Source of the DNA: Diplonema japonicum
Lineage: Eukaryota; Protista; Euglenozoa: Diplonemea
Direction: 5' to 3'
Length of the DNA stretch: 64,000 bases
NCBI GenBank assembly: GCA_964019335.1
Contig: OZ025659.1
Coordinates: 496,001 to 560,000 of the forward strand
In this document: positions 41,316 through 50,850 of the stretch, piece after piece
How the letters are laid out: every line of letters starts with the position of its first letter
How positions within the stretch are numbered: position 1 is the stretch's first letter
Notes under the pieces: generated by a model
Databases searched by the model: none
What the model was told of the DNA's origin: nothing
What the model saw: the letters and a program-made list of their open reading frames with translations, nothing else
Program-made: the position numbers and the translations under genes

Positions 41316-42950
41316 ATGGACACAACCGCGATACCTGCCCCGGTGGCAAGGCTTCTTCGCCAGCTTAACATCACCTGCCCAACAGACTGGGAACTGGCAA
41401 AGGACAGCGACAGCTCTCATGCGGTAAAGGCGTACCAAGCAGAGGACCCTGCACAGTGCTGGGAAGAGATCCGAAGCGAGCTACAAGAAGCAAGGAAAGA
41501 ACCGGAAACCCCATTGCCCGCACAAATAAAACTGCAGACCACAATAAAACAGGGAACGGTGGCGATAGCGATAAAAACAGAGGAGCGAGAGGAAGACGAA
41601 GAACAACAAGAAGAAGAACAAAAAGAAAACGAGCACCTCACACTAGAGGTAACCGACGAACGAGCAGTCCAAATCACAGCAGGCGACAAAGCGTTAACTG
41701 TCAAGGAAGCAGGCGACACAGACGAAGACACCAAAACAACGCACCAAGTCCTGTGGGACGGCAGTGGGAACATCATATTCCCGGACATCGGAACCGGGTT
41801 CAAGGTACCCCCTCCTGTGGCTGAAAACCTAGGTGCCCTACTGAACCTCGCAGAAAAATCCGGAGTAGAACACAACCTCCCTTCTGAGATACAAGACAAT
41901 ATTGTTGTACCCCTTGAAAAATACACCCCAAGCCATACCGAGTTGGTTCATGCTGCCACTCTGACAGACCCGTTCAACCTAGCAGACTCTGTGGCGATGT
42001 CGTGGGCTGATCTTTTCGCCGCGTACTCGGAATGTGCTGAGACGGATTTAACCCCGTTTCTTGATTCGCACGATGGCTTCAGGGAACAGCTTGTTAATTA
42101 CCCTAAGGGGTCTCTTGTAGAGGTTCACACTGAACAAGGCTGGCTTGATGGATATGTTGATGATATGGAAGGTGATGTTTTCACTGTTAGAATATCTGCG
42201 AACGATTGCGTGCTTGAAGATGTTGGTGTTGAATATTTGCGGCCGAAACTGGTTCACGTTTCAAGGCGGAAAGATTTGAAACGAATCAGACTAGCGCACA
42301 CCGTCACTCATGTCAATACGCTTCCCTTGAAAAAATTCGAGAAACATTATTGGAAGATAGGCGACACTACAGAATCCGTTGACTGGTGGGTTCGCATTGA
42401 AGGTGACACCGCAAAACCCATTTCTGAGATTCATGACAGAATCAGTGTGACTGTCACTGCTGTGAGGCTGAAGAGCGAGGGGAAACCCGAGTTAAACGGC
42501 GTGTACAAAAAAGTTGAATACGATGAAACAGACGAATGGGTCAAAGGGAACGTTCGCATCTCCCCGTTGACAGGCTGGTGGACTGTTATTGACGAGTCCG
42601 CGGAGCATATCCTGCGGTCGAAGAAAAAGATTTCCAAAAACCCCGGTCCGGAGGTTTTCTGTGTTGCGAAGTGGTACGTGTCTGACGAAGTGGCGTATCA
42701 TTCCGACTGGGTGCCCGCACGCGGGACATCCCTCTGCATCTCCGATGTCTCTGTTAAAAAGCACCCGCAAGCCAATCTTGGGCTTGGCTTTGAAGACACC
42801 GACAACCTGCTTCTCACCTCCTCCCCTGATGAGCTCGAATGTGTACAAGGCACAACCCTCACTCTCGTCGACGGCGTGCGGGTTAAATCCGTCATGGACG
42901 TTCACGCAGAGACCAGGGGCAAGAAACATGTCCTTTTGAGGTTCAAGTGA
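41316..42950 (+). CDS. Hypothetical protein with Tudor/SH3-like and degenerate PDZ-like domains
   Basis: YPKGSLVEVHTEQGWLDGYV...VEYLRP (Tudor/Agenet-like); C-terminal LGLGFE...LTLVDGVRV...VLLRF (PDZ-like). Confidence 0.75.
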   Translation: MDTTAIPAPVARLLRQLNITCPTDWELAKDSDSSHAVKAYQAEDPAQCWEEIRSELQEARKEPETPLPAQIKLQTTIKQGTVAIAIKTEEREEDEEQQEEEQKENEHLTLEVTDERAVQITAGDKALTVKEAGDTDEDTKTTHQVLWDGSGNIIFPDIGTGFKVPPPVAENLGALLNLAEKSGVEHNLPSEIQDNIVVPLEKYTPSHTELVHAATLTDPFNLADSVAMSWADLFAAYSECAETDLTPFLDSHDGFREQLVNYPKGSLVEVHTEQGWLDGYVDDMEGDVFTVRISANDCVLEDVGVEYLRPKLVHVSRRKDLKRIRLAHTVTHVNTLPLKKFEKHYWKIGDTTESVDWWVRIEGDTAKPISEIHDRISVTVTAVRLKSEGKPELNGVYKKVEYDETDEWVKGNVRISPLTGWWTVIDESAEHILRSKKKISKNPGPEVFCVAKWYVSDEVAYHSDWVPARGTSLCISDVSVKKHPQANLGLGFEDTDNLLLTSSPDELECVQGTTLTLVDGVRVKSVMDVHAETRGKKHVLLRFK

Positions 42951-43069
42951 TTTTTTTTTTTTTTTTTTCTCCCGTGTGTTTTTTTTTTCCGCGTGATTTT
43001 TTTTTTTTTTTTTCGAGTCAAAAAAAAATAATACTCTCCAGATTTATACAAAAAAAAAAAAAAAAAAAA

Positions 43070-43594
43070 ATGGGAGTCCAAGCGATAGCAGAAGTGGAGA
43101 AAAAGCCTCTCAGCAGTAAGAGCTGCAGTTCATACGGCAGTGACGTGTCTGCAGAGGAGTTAGCTGTGAGGGACGATGGTTTGCTTCGTGCTGCCTTGGC
43201 CATGATCGTTTTCGGGTACACCCTTATCTGGGTGGGGATATTTGTGGTAGTGGCAGGGGAGGGGAGAAGTATTATGGCAACATTTGCGATGGAGGCAGTC
43301 GGAATCGTCAGCTGTGTTACAGGGTGTGTCGTGGTGTGCCTCAACCTGTCTCCTCGGAATAAGGCACTGTGTTTTAGGGTAATGCTGGGCACCACAGTGA
43401 TGAATATTGTTTTCTTCTCCACCCTTGTTTTTCTACTGTTCGACACCTCGTCCACTGACGACTGGGGAAGCTACAACAACACCATTCTAACCATTTATGC
43501 AGCTGCCGTGCTTGGTGTGTCTTGTTGTGTGAAATTAAGCATTCTGAAAACACTAAAAGACGCTGCTTCTGTACAGCAGCAAGAGATTTGTTGA
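43070..43594 (+). CDS. Four-TM membrane protein
   Basis: Four hydrophobic segments in a 174-aa ORF; ATG directly after an A tract. Confidence 0.78.
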   Translation: MGVQAIAEVEKKPLSSKSCSSYGSDVSAEELAVRDDGLLRAALAMIVFGYTLIWVGIFVVVAGEGRSIMATFAMEAVGIVSCVTGCVVVCLNLSPRNKALCFRVMLGTTVMNIVFFSTLVFLLFDTSSTDDWGSYNNTILTIYAAAVLGVSCCVKLSILKTLKDAASVQQQEIC

Positions 43595-43704
43595 AAAAGA
43601 GAGAATTAAAAAAAAAAAGAAGAAGAAGAAGAGACCGTGAGGGAGAAGAAGAGAAAACAGGAGAGAATTTTTTTTTGTTTGCTAGCTCTGTTTTTATTTC
43701 CCCT

Positions 43705-43741
<37 letters not shown>

Positions 43742-44220
43742 TAATGTTTTTTTTTTAAAAAAAAAATCCGATTTGCCTACTAGCCCACACAGTACAGATT
43801 TAATTGTTTCGATCTGTGTGTGTTTTTTTTCTTTTTCTTCTTCTTCTTCTTTCTTTTTTGGTTTCCCCCCTTCTTATTTTGATCGGGGACATTTTCTCTC
43901 TGGGAGCCATTAGTACCACTAGTACAGCCCGTAACACTGCCTCCTTGTATTTTTTTTTTTTCCTTCATTCCCTCCCTTCTTTTTTTTTCCACCCCTTTCT
44001 ACCGCCGGGCTATACAAGGGAAGGGGGGGAAAAAAAAAAAGAGAGGAACAAAAGACCTGCTCTTCCGATAGGGTCTTTTCTCTCTCTCTCTCTCTTTCTT
44101 TCCCCCTTTTTTTTTTGTTTGTTCCAGTCCCTCCATTCTAACTCGCCATTATTATTATTGTTTTATTGTTCCCTTTTATATATATAAAAAAAAAAAAAAA
44201 AAAAAAAGGGCAGCAGTTAT

Positions 44221-45663
44221 ATGGCGAACGGTCCAAACGCGTCCGAAAGAGTAAAAAAGTTTCTAGCTGACCCATCTAACAACGATGTACTGTTCCCGGT
44301 GTTGATTGACCCGACAGGGAACGGCGTACCGAAAAAAGCAGCTCTGAACAAAGCGAACAAACGAAAGCTCGAGGAGCTCGGCTGGGACGACTCAAGCAAC
44401 GACTCATCATCATCATCAAGCACCACCTCATGGACAAGCAGCGACAGCGAAGACGACACCAACTGCAACACCATCGACACCGACAGAATCGGCACCGCCA
44501 TCCTCACCCACTACGAGAACAACAAACTAACCGACGAACTGGAAAAAAGACGAAAACGATTCTTCTCCGACCTCGTATCAGCCGCAAGATCACTCTACCC
44601 CGATGGAAGGCTTCTGTTATTCGGCAGCTCTGCAACAGGTCTGTGCCATCGCAAGAGCGACTTGGACGTCTCTCTGCTGGTGGAACCACACGACGATCCA
44701 AAAGGCGTTTTGAGAAGATTAAAAACCGTCATTTCTCGAATCGCTCGGATTCAATTCATCCAGAACGCCAGAGTTCCTATTTTGAAGTGCACGGGTAAGT
44801 CTACACCTTATCAGTTTGATGTGTCGTGTAACAGGCCGGAGGGGGGTTGGAATGCAGCGCTTGTTTCGAAATTTATATCGATGGACCCTCGTGTCTCGCC
44901 TGCCCTGTTCTATTTGCACGAGCTGCTGGACTGTTCCGGTGTCAAAAACTCTCGCCTGCAGCTCTTGTCCGCCTTCTCCATCAACATCTCCTTCGTCCAC
45001 TATCTGCAGAGCGTCGCGCAGCCTGCTGTCCTGCCCTTTCTTCGGTACAAGGTCCCTTCGCTCAGCACGGACTTCCGGCATCGAAACGTTGTTTTCACCG
45101 ATGTGTGCGATGATTTCACCAAAGAAAACACGGAGAGCGTGGGCTCGTTAGTCCATGGATATCTAACCTGGTATAAATAGAATAAATGGGGGGAGGACAA
45201 ACAAACAAAAAAAAGGCTGACGAACGCCGTAAAAAAAAGTTTGGTGCAAAAAAGGAGGAGTTGGCTGGACATCAGGCACCATGCTGATAGAACGGAGGAG
45301 GTAGCGTGGGTAGGCACTAACGATGTATGTGGGGGGCAAAATTTAAGTGTGAGTGGCGGTGGTACAAATTACAACGAAGGGCGAACATCAACGCTGCATG
45401 GCGTGGCGGACGATGTCTACGGCCTGGTTGCCTCGGTGCTAAAGAATTCCATCATTTGCTCTTTGGGTAAGATGTTTGCTTTCTTGGAACTTGCAACTGC
45501 TTGTTGTAATTCCTCTTCGCAACCGAGTTTAGCTTTGAATAAGCCGTCTGAGATTAGTGTTTTAAGAATAATATATTCTTATTCTCACGCTATCAGAATT
45601 TTTCAGGGGTGAAATAAAGTGAATTCTGATTTTCACTCCCACACTCGAAAATTTTGCTGGAGA

Positions 45664-45713
<50 letters not shown>

Positions 45714-46137
45714 CCAGGGAGGGCTCGGGATCGTCAACCCTGTGGACCCTACTCACAACGTGACTGCGAATATCAAGGCAAAGCAGTGGCAGACCATCTT
45801 AAGTTGTTTACAGGCGATACAGAAGCGACTTGCAGACACGCAGAGCTACGACCCTACGTATGTTGGAGGCATGGTCAGTAGACGGCACAACCCTAGTGCA
45901 ACCACTGGCATGGCTTTCGCACAAAACAGATTCAAAAAGCACCAGCTTCACATGGAGAAGAAACGAGCAAAGAAGCAGGAGAAGAAAAAGATACAAAAAG
46001 ACAAAAGAGTGCAGAAGCACGCCGTTGTGAAGAAAGCTCAAGAAGTTAGACATCCACTGCACTTCACCAACACCGCCAGGGGTCCTCCAAGAAAAAACAC
46101 AGCAGCACCCGTTAGGAAGAAAGTCAAGTACGAGTAA
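44221..46137 (+). CDS. Cid1/TUTase-family terminal nucleotidyltransferase; 3 exons
   Basis: Motifs LFGSSATGL...SDLDVSL, ARVPILK, FDVSCN. Introns 45171-45215 and 45325-45717 restore the PAP-associated motif GIVNPVDPTHNVT. Lys-rich tail. Confidence 0.85.
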
Positions 46138-46405
46138 ATTAAAGAGAAAAAAATAAGACAAAGAGGGTCCACACCCCTCTATCCCAATATGTAACCCTGA
46201 AAATGTCTAAATTCTTTTTTTTTTTTTTTTAATTCCCCCTCTCCACCATTTTGGGGAGAAGAAAAAAATGAAGGGGGAAAGAAAAAAAAAAAATCATCAT
46301 TATTATTTTCAATATGTCGTTATTCTAAGGAAAGAAAGAAAAAAAAGAAAAAAAAACCTTCCAAAACACACATATTCATTCATCCCCTAAGAAGAAGAAG
46401 AAAAA

Positions 46406-47530
46406 ATGCTTGTAAGAAGTGTAAGAACCAGCACCAGGCACTTCAGCAAAGCAGTAACAGCAAGCAAAGGAGGGGTTTTGATCGATGCAAGGACAGCGGA
46501 CTCGTTGCAAGAAGTATGCAGTGTGTTTGAAAAAGCAAAGGCAGCCACCGAGAAAGGTTTCCAGAGAATGGTAATCTTAGGAAGCCCTGTCGACGGGCAG
46601 AACGCTACCTCCGACGGCTCAAGAAGATCACTGGAAGGATTTGTAAAGAGCCTCGCAAGGGAGGTAGGGAGAAGCGGTTCAACGGTGAACCTCCTGTGGG
46701 TGCCTAAAGATATGCACGACACCGCTTTGGAGCAACCTGTGGCCTGGTTTTTAAACGACGATTTCAAATTTGTTACAGGCCAAGCTGTACCCCTCTGCGT
46801 CACACACCATCCCACAGACCAAAACCTCAACGGAAAGACCATTTTAGTAACAGGAGCCGCCGGTGGCATCGGGAGTGAAATAGCCCGAGAATGCTCACGA
46901 CGAGGAGCTATGGTCATTCTAGCCGACCGACACGATGTGGTGGACACCTTGGAAACCCTTTCCAGTGAGATTCCGAATTCCCGACACGTCACAGGCGATG
47001 TCGGTGAGGGCAAGGTATTCGCTGAAAAAATCTCGGAACCTGGATTGACCCTTGACGGGGTCGTCCACTGCGCTGGTGTCACACTCGACAAGACTCTGAA
47101 GAACATGCCTGACGAGGACTGGGTGACCTCGCTTAAGGTTAACCTTTACGGGCCGATGGAGATGACGGAATTCTTCCACCAGCAGAACCACTTCCACAAA
47201 GACACCACTATCGTTGGTATCTCCAGCGTTATTGGGTTCTCTGGCAACCGTGGGCAGACCAACTACGCGGCTGCCAAGACGGGTATGCGTGCTTGGCTCG
47301 CTTCGCTCCCTTACCCTTCGTACGGTATCGCCCCGGGGTTTATATCCACGCCCATGACCAGAGCCATGCCGCCTGCTATTCTTAAGGCGACGTTGTCCCA
47401 GTCCGCTTTGGAGGTGCTTGGAGACCCCATCGACCCTGCCACCGTGGTGTCCACCGTTCTCAGCCCGGCAGGGAAGGTGCTTGCAAAGGGGCAAACCATC
47501 CGGGTGTGCGGGGGGTTCTTCTGGGGATGA
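46406..47530 (+). CDS. fabG4: FabG4-type (high-molecular-weight) 3-oxoacyl reductase with putative mitochondrial presequence
   Basis: Extra N-domain SLEGFVKSLAREVGR.GSTVNLLWV...FL...KFVTGQ; SDR motifs TGAAGGIG, AGVTLDKTL, GNRGQTNYAAAK, APGFI, GQTIRVCGG; N-terminus MLVRSVRTSTRHFS. Confidence 0.85.
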   Translation: MLVRSVRTSTRHFSKAVTASKGGVLIDARTADSLQEVCSVFEKAKAATEKGFQRMVILGSPVDGQNATSDGSRRSLEGFVKSLAREVGRSGSTVNLLWVPKDMHDTALEQPVAWFLNDDFKFVTGQAVPLCVTHHPTDQNLNGKTILVTGAAGGIGSEIARECSRRGAMVILADRHDVVDTLETLSSEIPNSRHVTGDVGEGKVFAEKISEPGLTLDGVVHCAGVTLDKTLKNMPDEDWVTSLKVNLYGPMEMTEFFHQQNHFHKDTTIVGISSVIGFSGNRGQTNYAAAKTGMRAWLASLPYPSYGIAPGFISTPMTRAMPPAILKATLSQSALEVLGDPIDPATVVSTVLSPAGKVLAKGQTIRVCGGFFWG

Positions 47531-47740
47531 AGACCGTGTGTGGGGTTTTTTTTTTCTGTGTGTATTTTATTTTGTGTGGTTTTTTTTGACTGTCGTTATA
47601 CAATGTACCGAACCGAGTTTCTATTACCCCCCCCTTTTTTTCCCGTCTTTATCCACAAGAAACAAAAAAAAAAAGAAACAGAGGATGTAAAAAAGTAGAA
47701 GTAAAAATAAAAAATAAATAAAGAAGAAAATGTACCGGAA

Positions 47741-49711
47741 ATGACGCAAAGCTCAATAATGCTTGCGTTGCTCTTATTCGCGGCGGCAAACGGTGTGTTG
47801 ATCCCGTACAGCTGCAAGATCTGCCCCACGGGCGGGTTGGAAACCGAGCAGAACGGAACGCAGGCTGCAGAGTGCGAGACGAGCTGCTCCGGAGACGCTG
47901 CTTGCATGGGAGCCTCTTACAACCAGGCCGCGAAAACATGTGCGAAGTACGGAGCGTGCGACGCCAACGACCTGGAGGACGACACAAGCATGCCTTGCGA
48001 GTGGATCTCATGGGTACACATCGCAGACACACTGTCCCCCACGGCAGACCCCAACATCACCACAAAGTACATAGACGACATTGTCGAAATCACAATGTCA
48101 TCACCCTCTGGGTCCGTCATATATTACACACTAGATGGAGTAGACCCTGTAGCTGGGGGAAACACCACTCTTGTGTACCAAGGACCGTTCGTCCTCTCGC
48201 GTGACACAGCGGTCAAGGCAGCCACGTTCGACGGCAGTTTCATTGCAACAGTACACATTGTAATACTCGAACGGACACTGCCGCCAACATACACGCCACA
48301 AGGCGGAGAGTCTACAACCGTAACGCCTGTCACGCTCAGCACGTTAACCGATGGAGCTACAGTGTACTACAGAACATGTCCCGGCCAGTCGTGTATCAGC
48401 CCGTTGCAAGATCTTTCCCACAAGGACGTCAAGAAATATGTGAAAGACATCCCTGTATACCTGACAGTGGGGACATGGACGATGACGGCGGTTGCGATTC
48501 TTGACGGGCTCAAGCCGAGCGTGTTGATAAACGAAACATATATTGTGTATCAAAAGTGTCCCAAACCCGTTGTCGTCCCAGGGCAAGGCAGGTATCAAGT
48601 CGCCATCCACGGAACAGTCACAAGCGAGCCAGTAGGAACCGTGGTGAAGTACACGGTTATAAAAGAAGGTTCCCCGCCCGCCGCGCAACAGGTGTACAGC
48701 ACTGTGAAAGGCATGGTCATCGAGGGGATCGGGAACTATTCTGTTACGTTCGTCTCGGAAAAAACGAATTGGCTGCCGTCGGACCCGCTTACTGTCATAT
48801 ACGTGTTGGTGGGCACACCACCTCAACTCATGGTCAGGATACCTGTTGAGACAAACAGTGGAGGGAAGGGCGTGGTTCATGTTGATTGGTACGAACAGCA
48901 CATCGCATCGATATTGAACATACCTGTAGAAAGGGTTTTGATCGAGAAGGTTATTAAGGACAACGCGTCTGATTCGACAATGCTGCTGAAGACGTCATTC
49001 GCATTGGCGAAGTCTGTCGATAAACAGGCGGTAAGTTCGGAGACACTTTCGTCTTTGTTCCTGGCGCTTCCCGACACAACGTTGGAGGACAATAATATAA
49101 AAGCTGTTTGGTTGGAAGGAGAGCCTGCTCCGCCCATTCCATCATCTTCAGATGATCATTCCGATGTGATAATCATCGTTTTGGTGTTGGTGGCAGTCGC
49201 GTGCATATGCTGTGTCCTGTTATGGGTTTGCCTGAGCGGGAAACAGAACGGAAAAAAAGATGATCAAGGCTACATTTCTGAAGAAGTGGAGGAAGAAGCA
49301 TATAATCCACCACCATACATGTCACTGGCGCCACCCCCACCGATGGAGAGTGGGTACGGCAGTGGTGCTGATGACAAAAGAGAGAATGAAGGGGATAGAG
49401 CAGTGAAGGATAACAAGAGTGGCGGTGATACGACGCCTTCCACGCCGGGTAAAATAGAAGTTTTGGAGGAGCGGAAGCCGCCCACACCGCCTCAAACCGT
49501 GTGGTATGAGCCTCAAGCAGAGGTTATCAATCCTCTTCACCAGCAGTACCCTAGTTCCGTGGCCCGGTCTTTTATGGGTGCGGAGCCGTTCCCCCCTGTG
49601 GAACCCTATCCTTTCTCCCCCAACATATCATACACCCCTTACGATGCTGCAGCTTCACAACGGGCGCCGCTGTCGCCCCAGCAGATGCAAAGTATTTTCA
49701 CTAAGATTTAG
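47741..49711 (+). CDS. Type I membrane protein with chitobiase/Fn3-associated-like repeats and a Pro-rich cytoplasmic tail
   Basis: Signal peptide, Cys-rich PAN-like N-terminal domain, IYYTLDG.DP...YQGPF-type repeats, TM IIIVLVLVAVACICCVLLWV, NPPPY motif. Confidence 0.85.
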   Translation: MTQSSIMLALLLFAAANGVLIPYSCKICPTGGLETEQNGTQAAECETSCSGDAACMGASYNQAAKTCAKYGACDANDLEDDTSMPCEWISWVHIADTLSPTADPNITTKYIDDIVEITMSSPSGSVIYYTLDGVDPVAGGNTTLVYQGPFVLSRDTAVKAATFDGSFIATVHIVILERTLPPTYTPQGGESTTVTPVTLSTLTDGATVYYRTCPGQSCISPLQDLSHKDVKKYVKDIPVYLTVGTWTMTAVAILDGLKPSVLINETYIVYQKCPKPVVVPGQGRYQVAIHGTVTSEPVGTVVKYTVIKEGSPPAAQQVYSTVKGMVIEGIGNYSVTFVSEKTNWLPSDPLTVIYVLVGTPPQLMVRIPVETNSGGKGVVHVDWYEQHIASILNIPVERVLIEKVIKDNASDSTMLLKTSFALAKSVDKQAVSSETLSSLFLALPDTTLEDNNIKAVWLEGEPAPPIPSSSDDHSDVIIIVLVLVAVACICCVLLWVCLSGKQNGKKDDQGYISEEVEEEAYNPPPYMSLAPPPPMESGYGSGADDKRENEGDRAVKDNKSGGDTTPSTPGKIEVLEERKPPTPPQTVWYEPQAEVINPLHQQYPSSVARSFMGAEPFPPVEPYPFSPNISYTPYDAAASQRAPLSPQQMQSIFTKI

Positions 49712-49847
49712 ACATTTTTTTTTTTAAAGTCCCATTTGTTGTTGATGTTCTTTTTTTTTCTTCTTCTTTTTTTTTTCTTCTCTTGATTACTGACACTGAG
49801 GAGGAGTCTTTTTTTTTTGTTTTTTTTTATATTCTCCTTTGATATGT

Positions 49848-50213
49848 CATATCATAGACCGAAGTCATTATGAGTCGCAATCGGCCTCATTTGGAATCAT
49901 ATTATAGGCCGATTGCAGGGGTCTGGGTGGAAACACGAAAAAACATGAAAAAAAGCACCCTCTCTGGAGCTCTAAGGAAAATTCTAAAAAAAATAAAAAA
50001 AGAAATCGGGAGGAAGGTGGAGGTGTCGCCGTGTGAATTCTGAGGTAGACCCTAGCACCGCTAGCTAACCTCCAGTCATGTTGCAAATAGGGCCCTGACT
50101 TCCTCCTTGCTCTATCTTTGTCCCCCTGGTTCCTGCTTAAGAAAACCCCCAACAACGGCCTCAATGGGCCGATTATGACTCTATGACTCATAATGACTTC
50201 GGTCTACGATGTG
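49848..50213. mobile_element. Non-autonomous TIR element (MITE), ~366 bp
   Basis: Left end catatcatagaccgaagtcattatgagtc versus reverse complement of right end cacatcgtagaccgaagtcattatgagtc: 27/29 identical. Flanked by tgt on both sides; no transposase. Confidence 0.8.
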
Positions 50214-50328
50214 TGTTGTTTTTTTAGTTATACATCCCCCCCCTTCCCCCTTGTTTATTTACTTTTCTTTAAATAGTTTTCGATGCCAATACCACACAAA
50301 ACGAAGAGAGAGGGGGAAAAAAAGGATT

Positions 50329-50745
50329 ATGTTGAGACGAGTCCCAGTAGTGTTGCAGCGTTCAGTGGCAAGCGTTGTGAAGGAGGCGAAGAAAGTGGAA
50401 AAGGAGCAAATTCAAGAAGAAGATGTGATTCCAAGAGGGAAGGATGCTGAAGATGTATGTACTCTCAACTTTCTTTACAAAAAAAAAAAAATAAATAAAT
50501 AAATAAATATTATTTTTTAAAAAAAGGCCCACGATAGTAATAGTTGGAAAATTTCCGGAGCGATAGCAGCACTGACGTGCCTGTGTGTTGGGGTCCTTTA
50601 CCCGATTTCTCCCCAAGCGGTCCACACCCATCTCGAGGAGGAGAAAAAACAAAAGCTGCAACAAAAATACCGACAAGAACAAACCTACAGCGAGTACACT
50701 CCTGTTCCTACCGAGACTACCCAACACAAGTGGAGAACAGACTAG
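50329..50745 (+). CDS. Small single-TM protein (114 aa) with MLRR-type mitochondrial presequence; 2 exons
   Basis: Intron 50455-50526 (GTATGT...AAAAAG) joins MLRRVPVVLQRS... to AHDSNSWKISGAIAALTCLCVGVLYP...WRTD*. Confidence 0.72.
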
Positions 50746-50850
50746 AAGAAGAAGGAAAAAAAGATTTTTTTTTTCTTCTTCCCCCCTATAATTTTCGAAC
50801 CTTCCCCACACCACCTTCGAAGACGGGAACAAAAACAAAACAAAAAAGAA

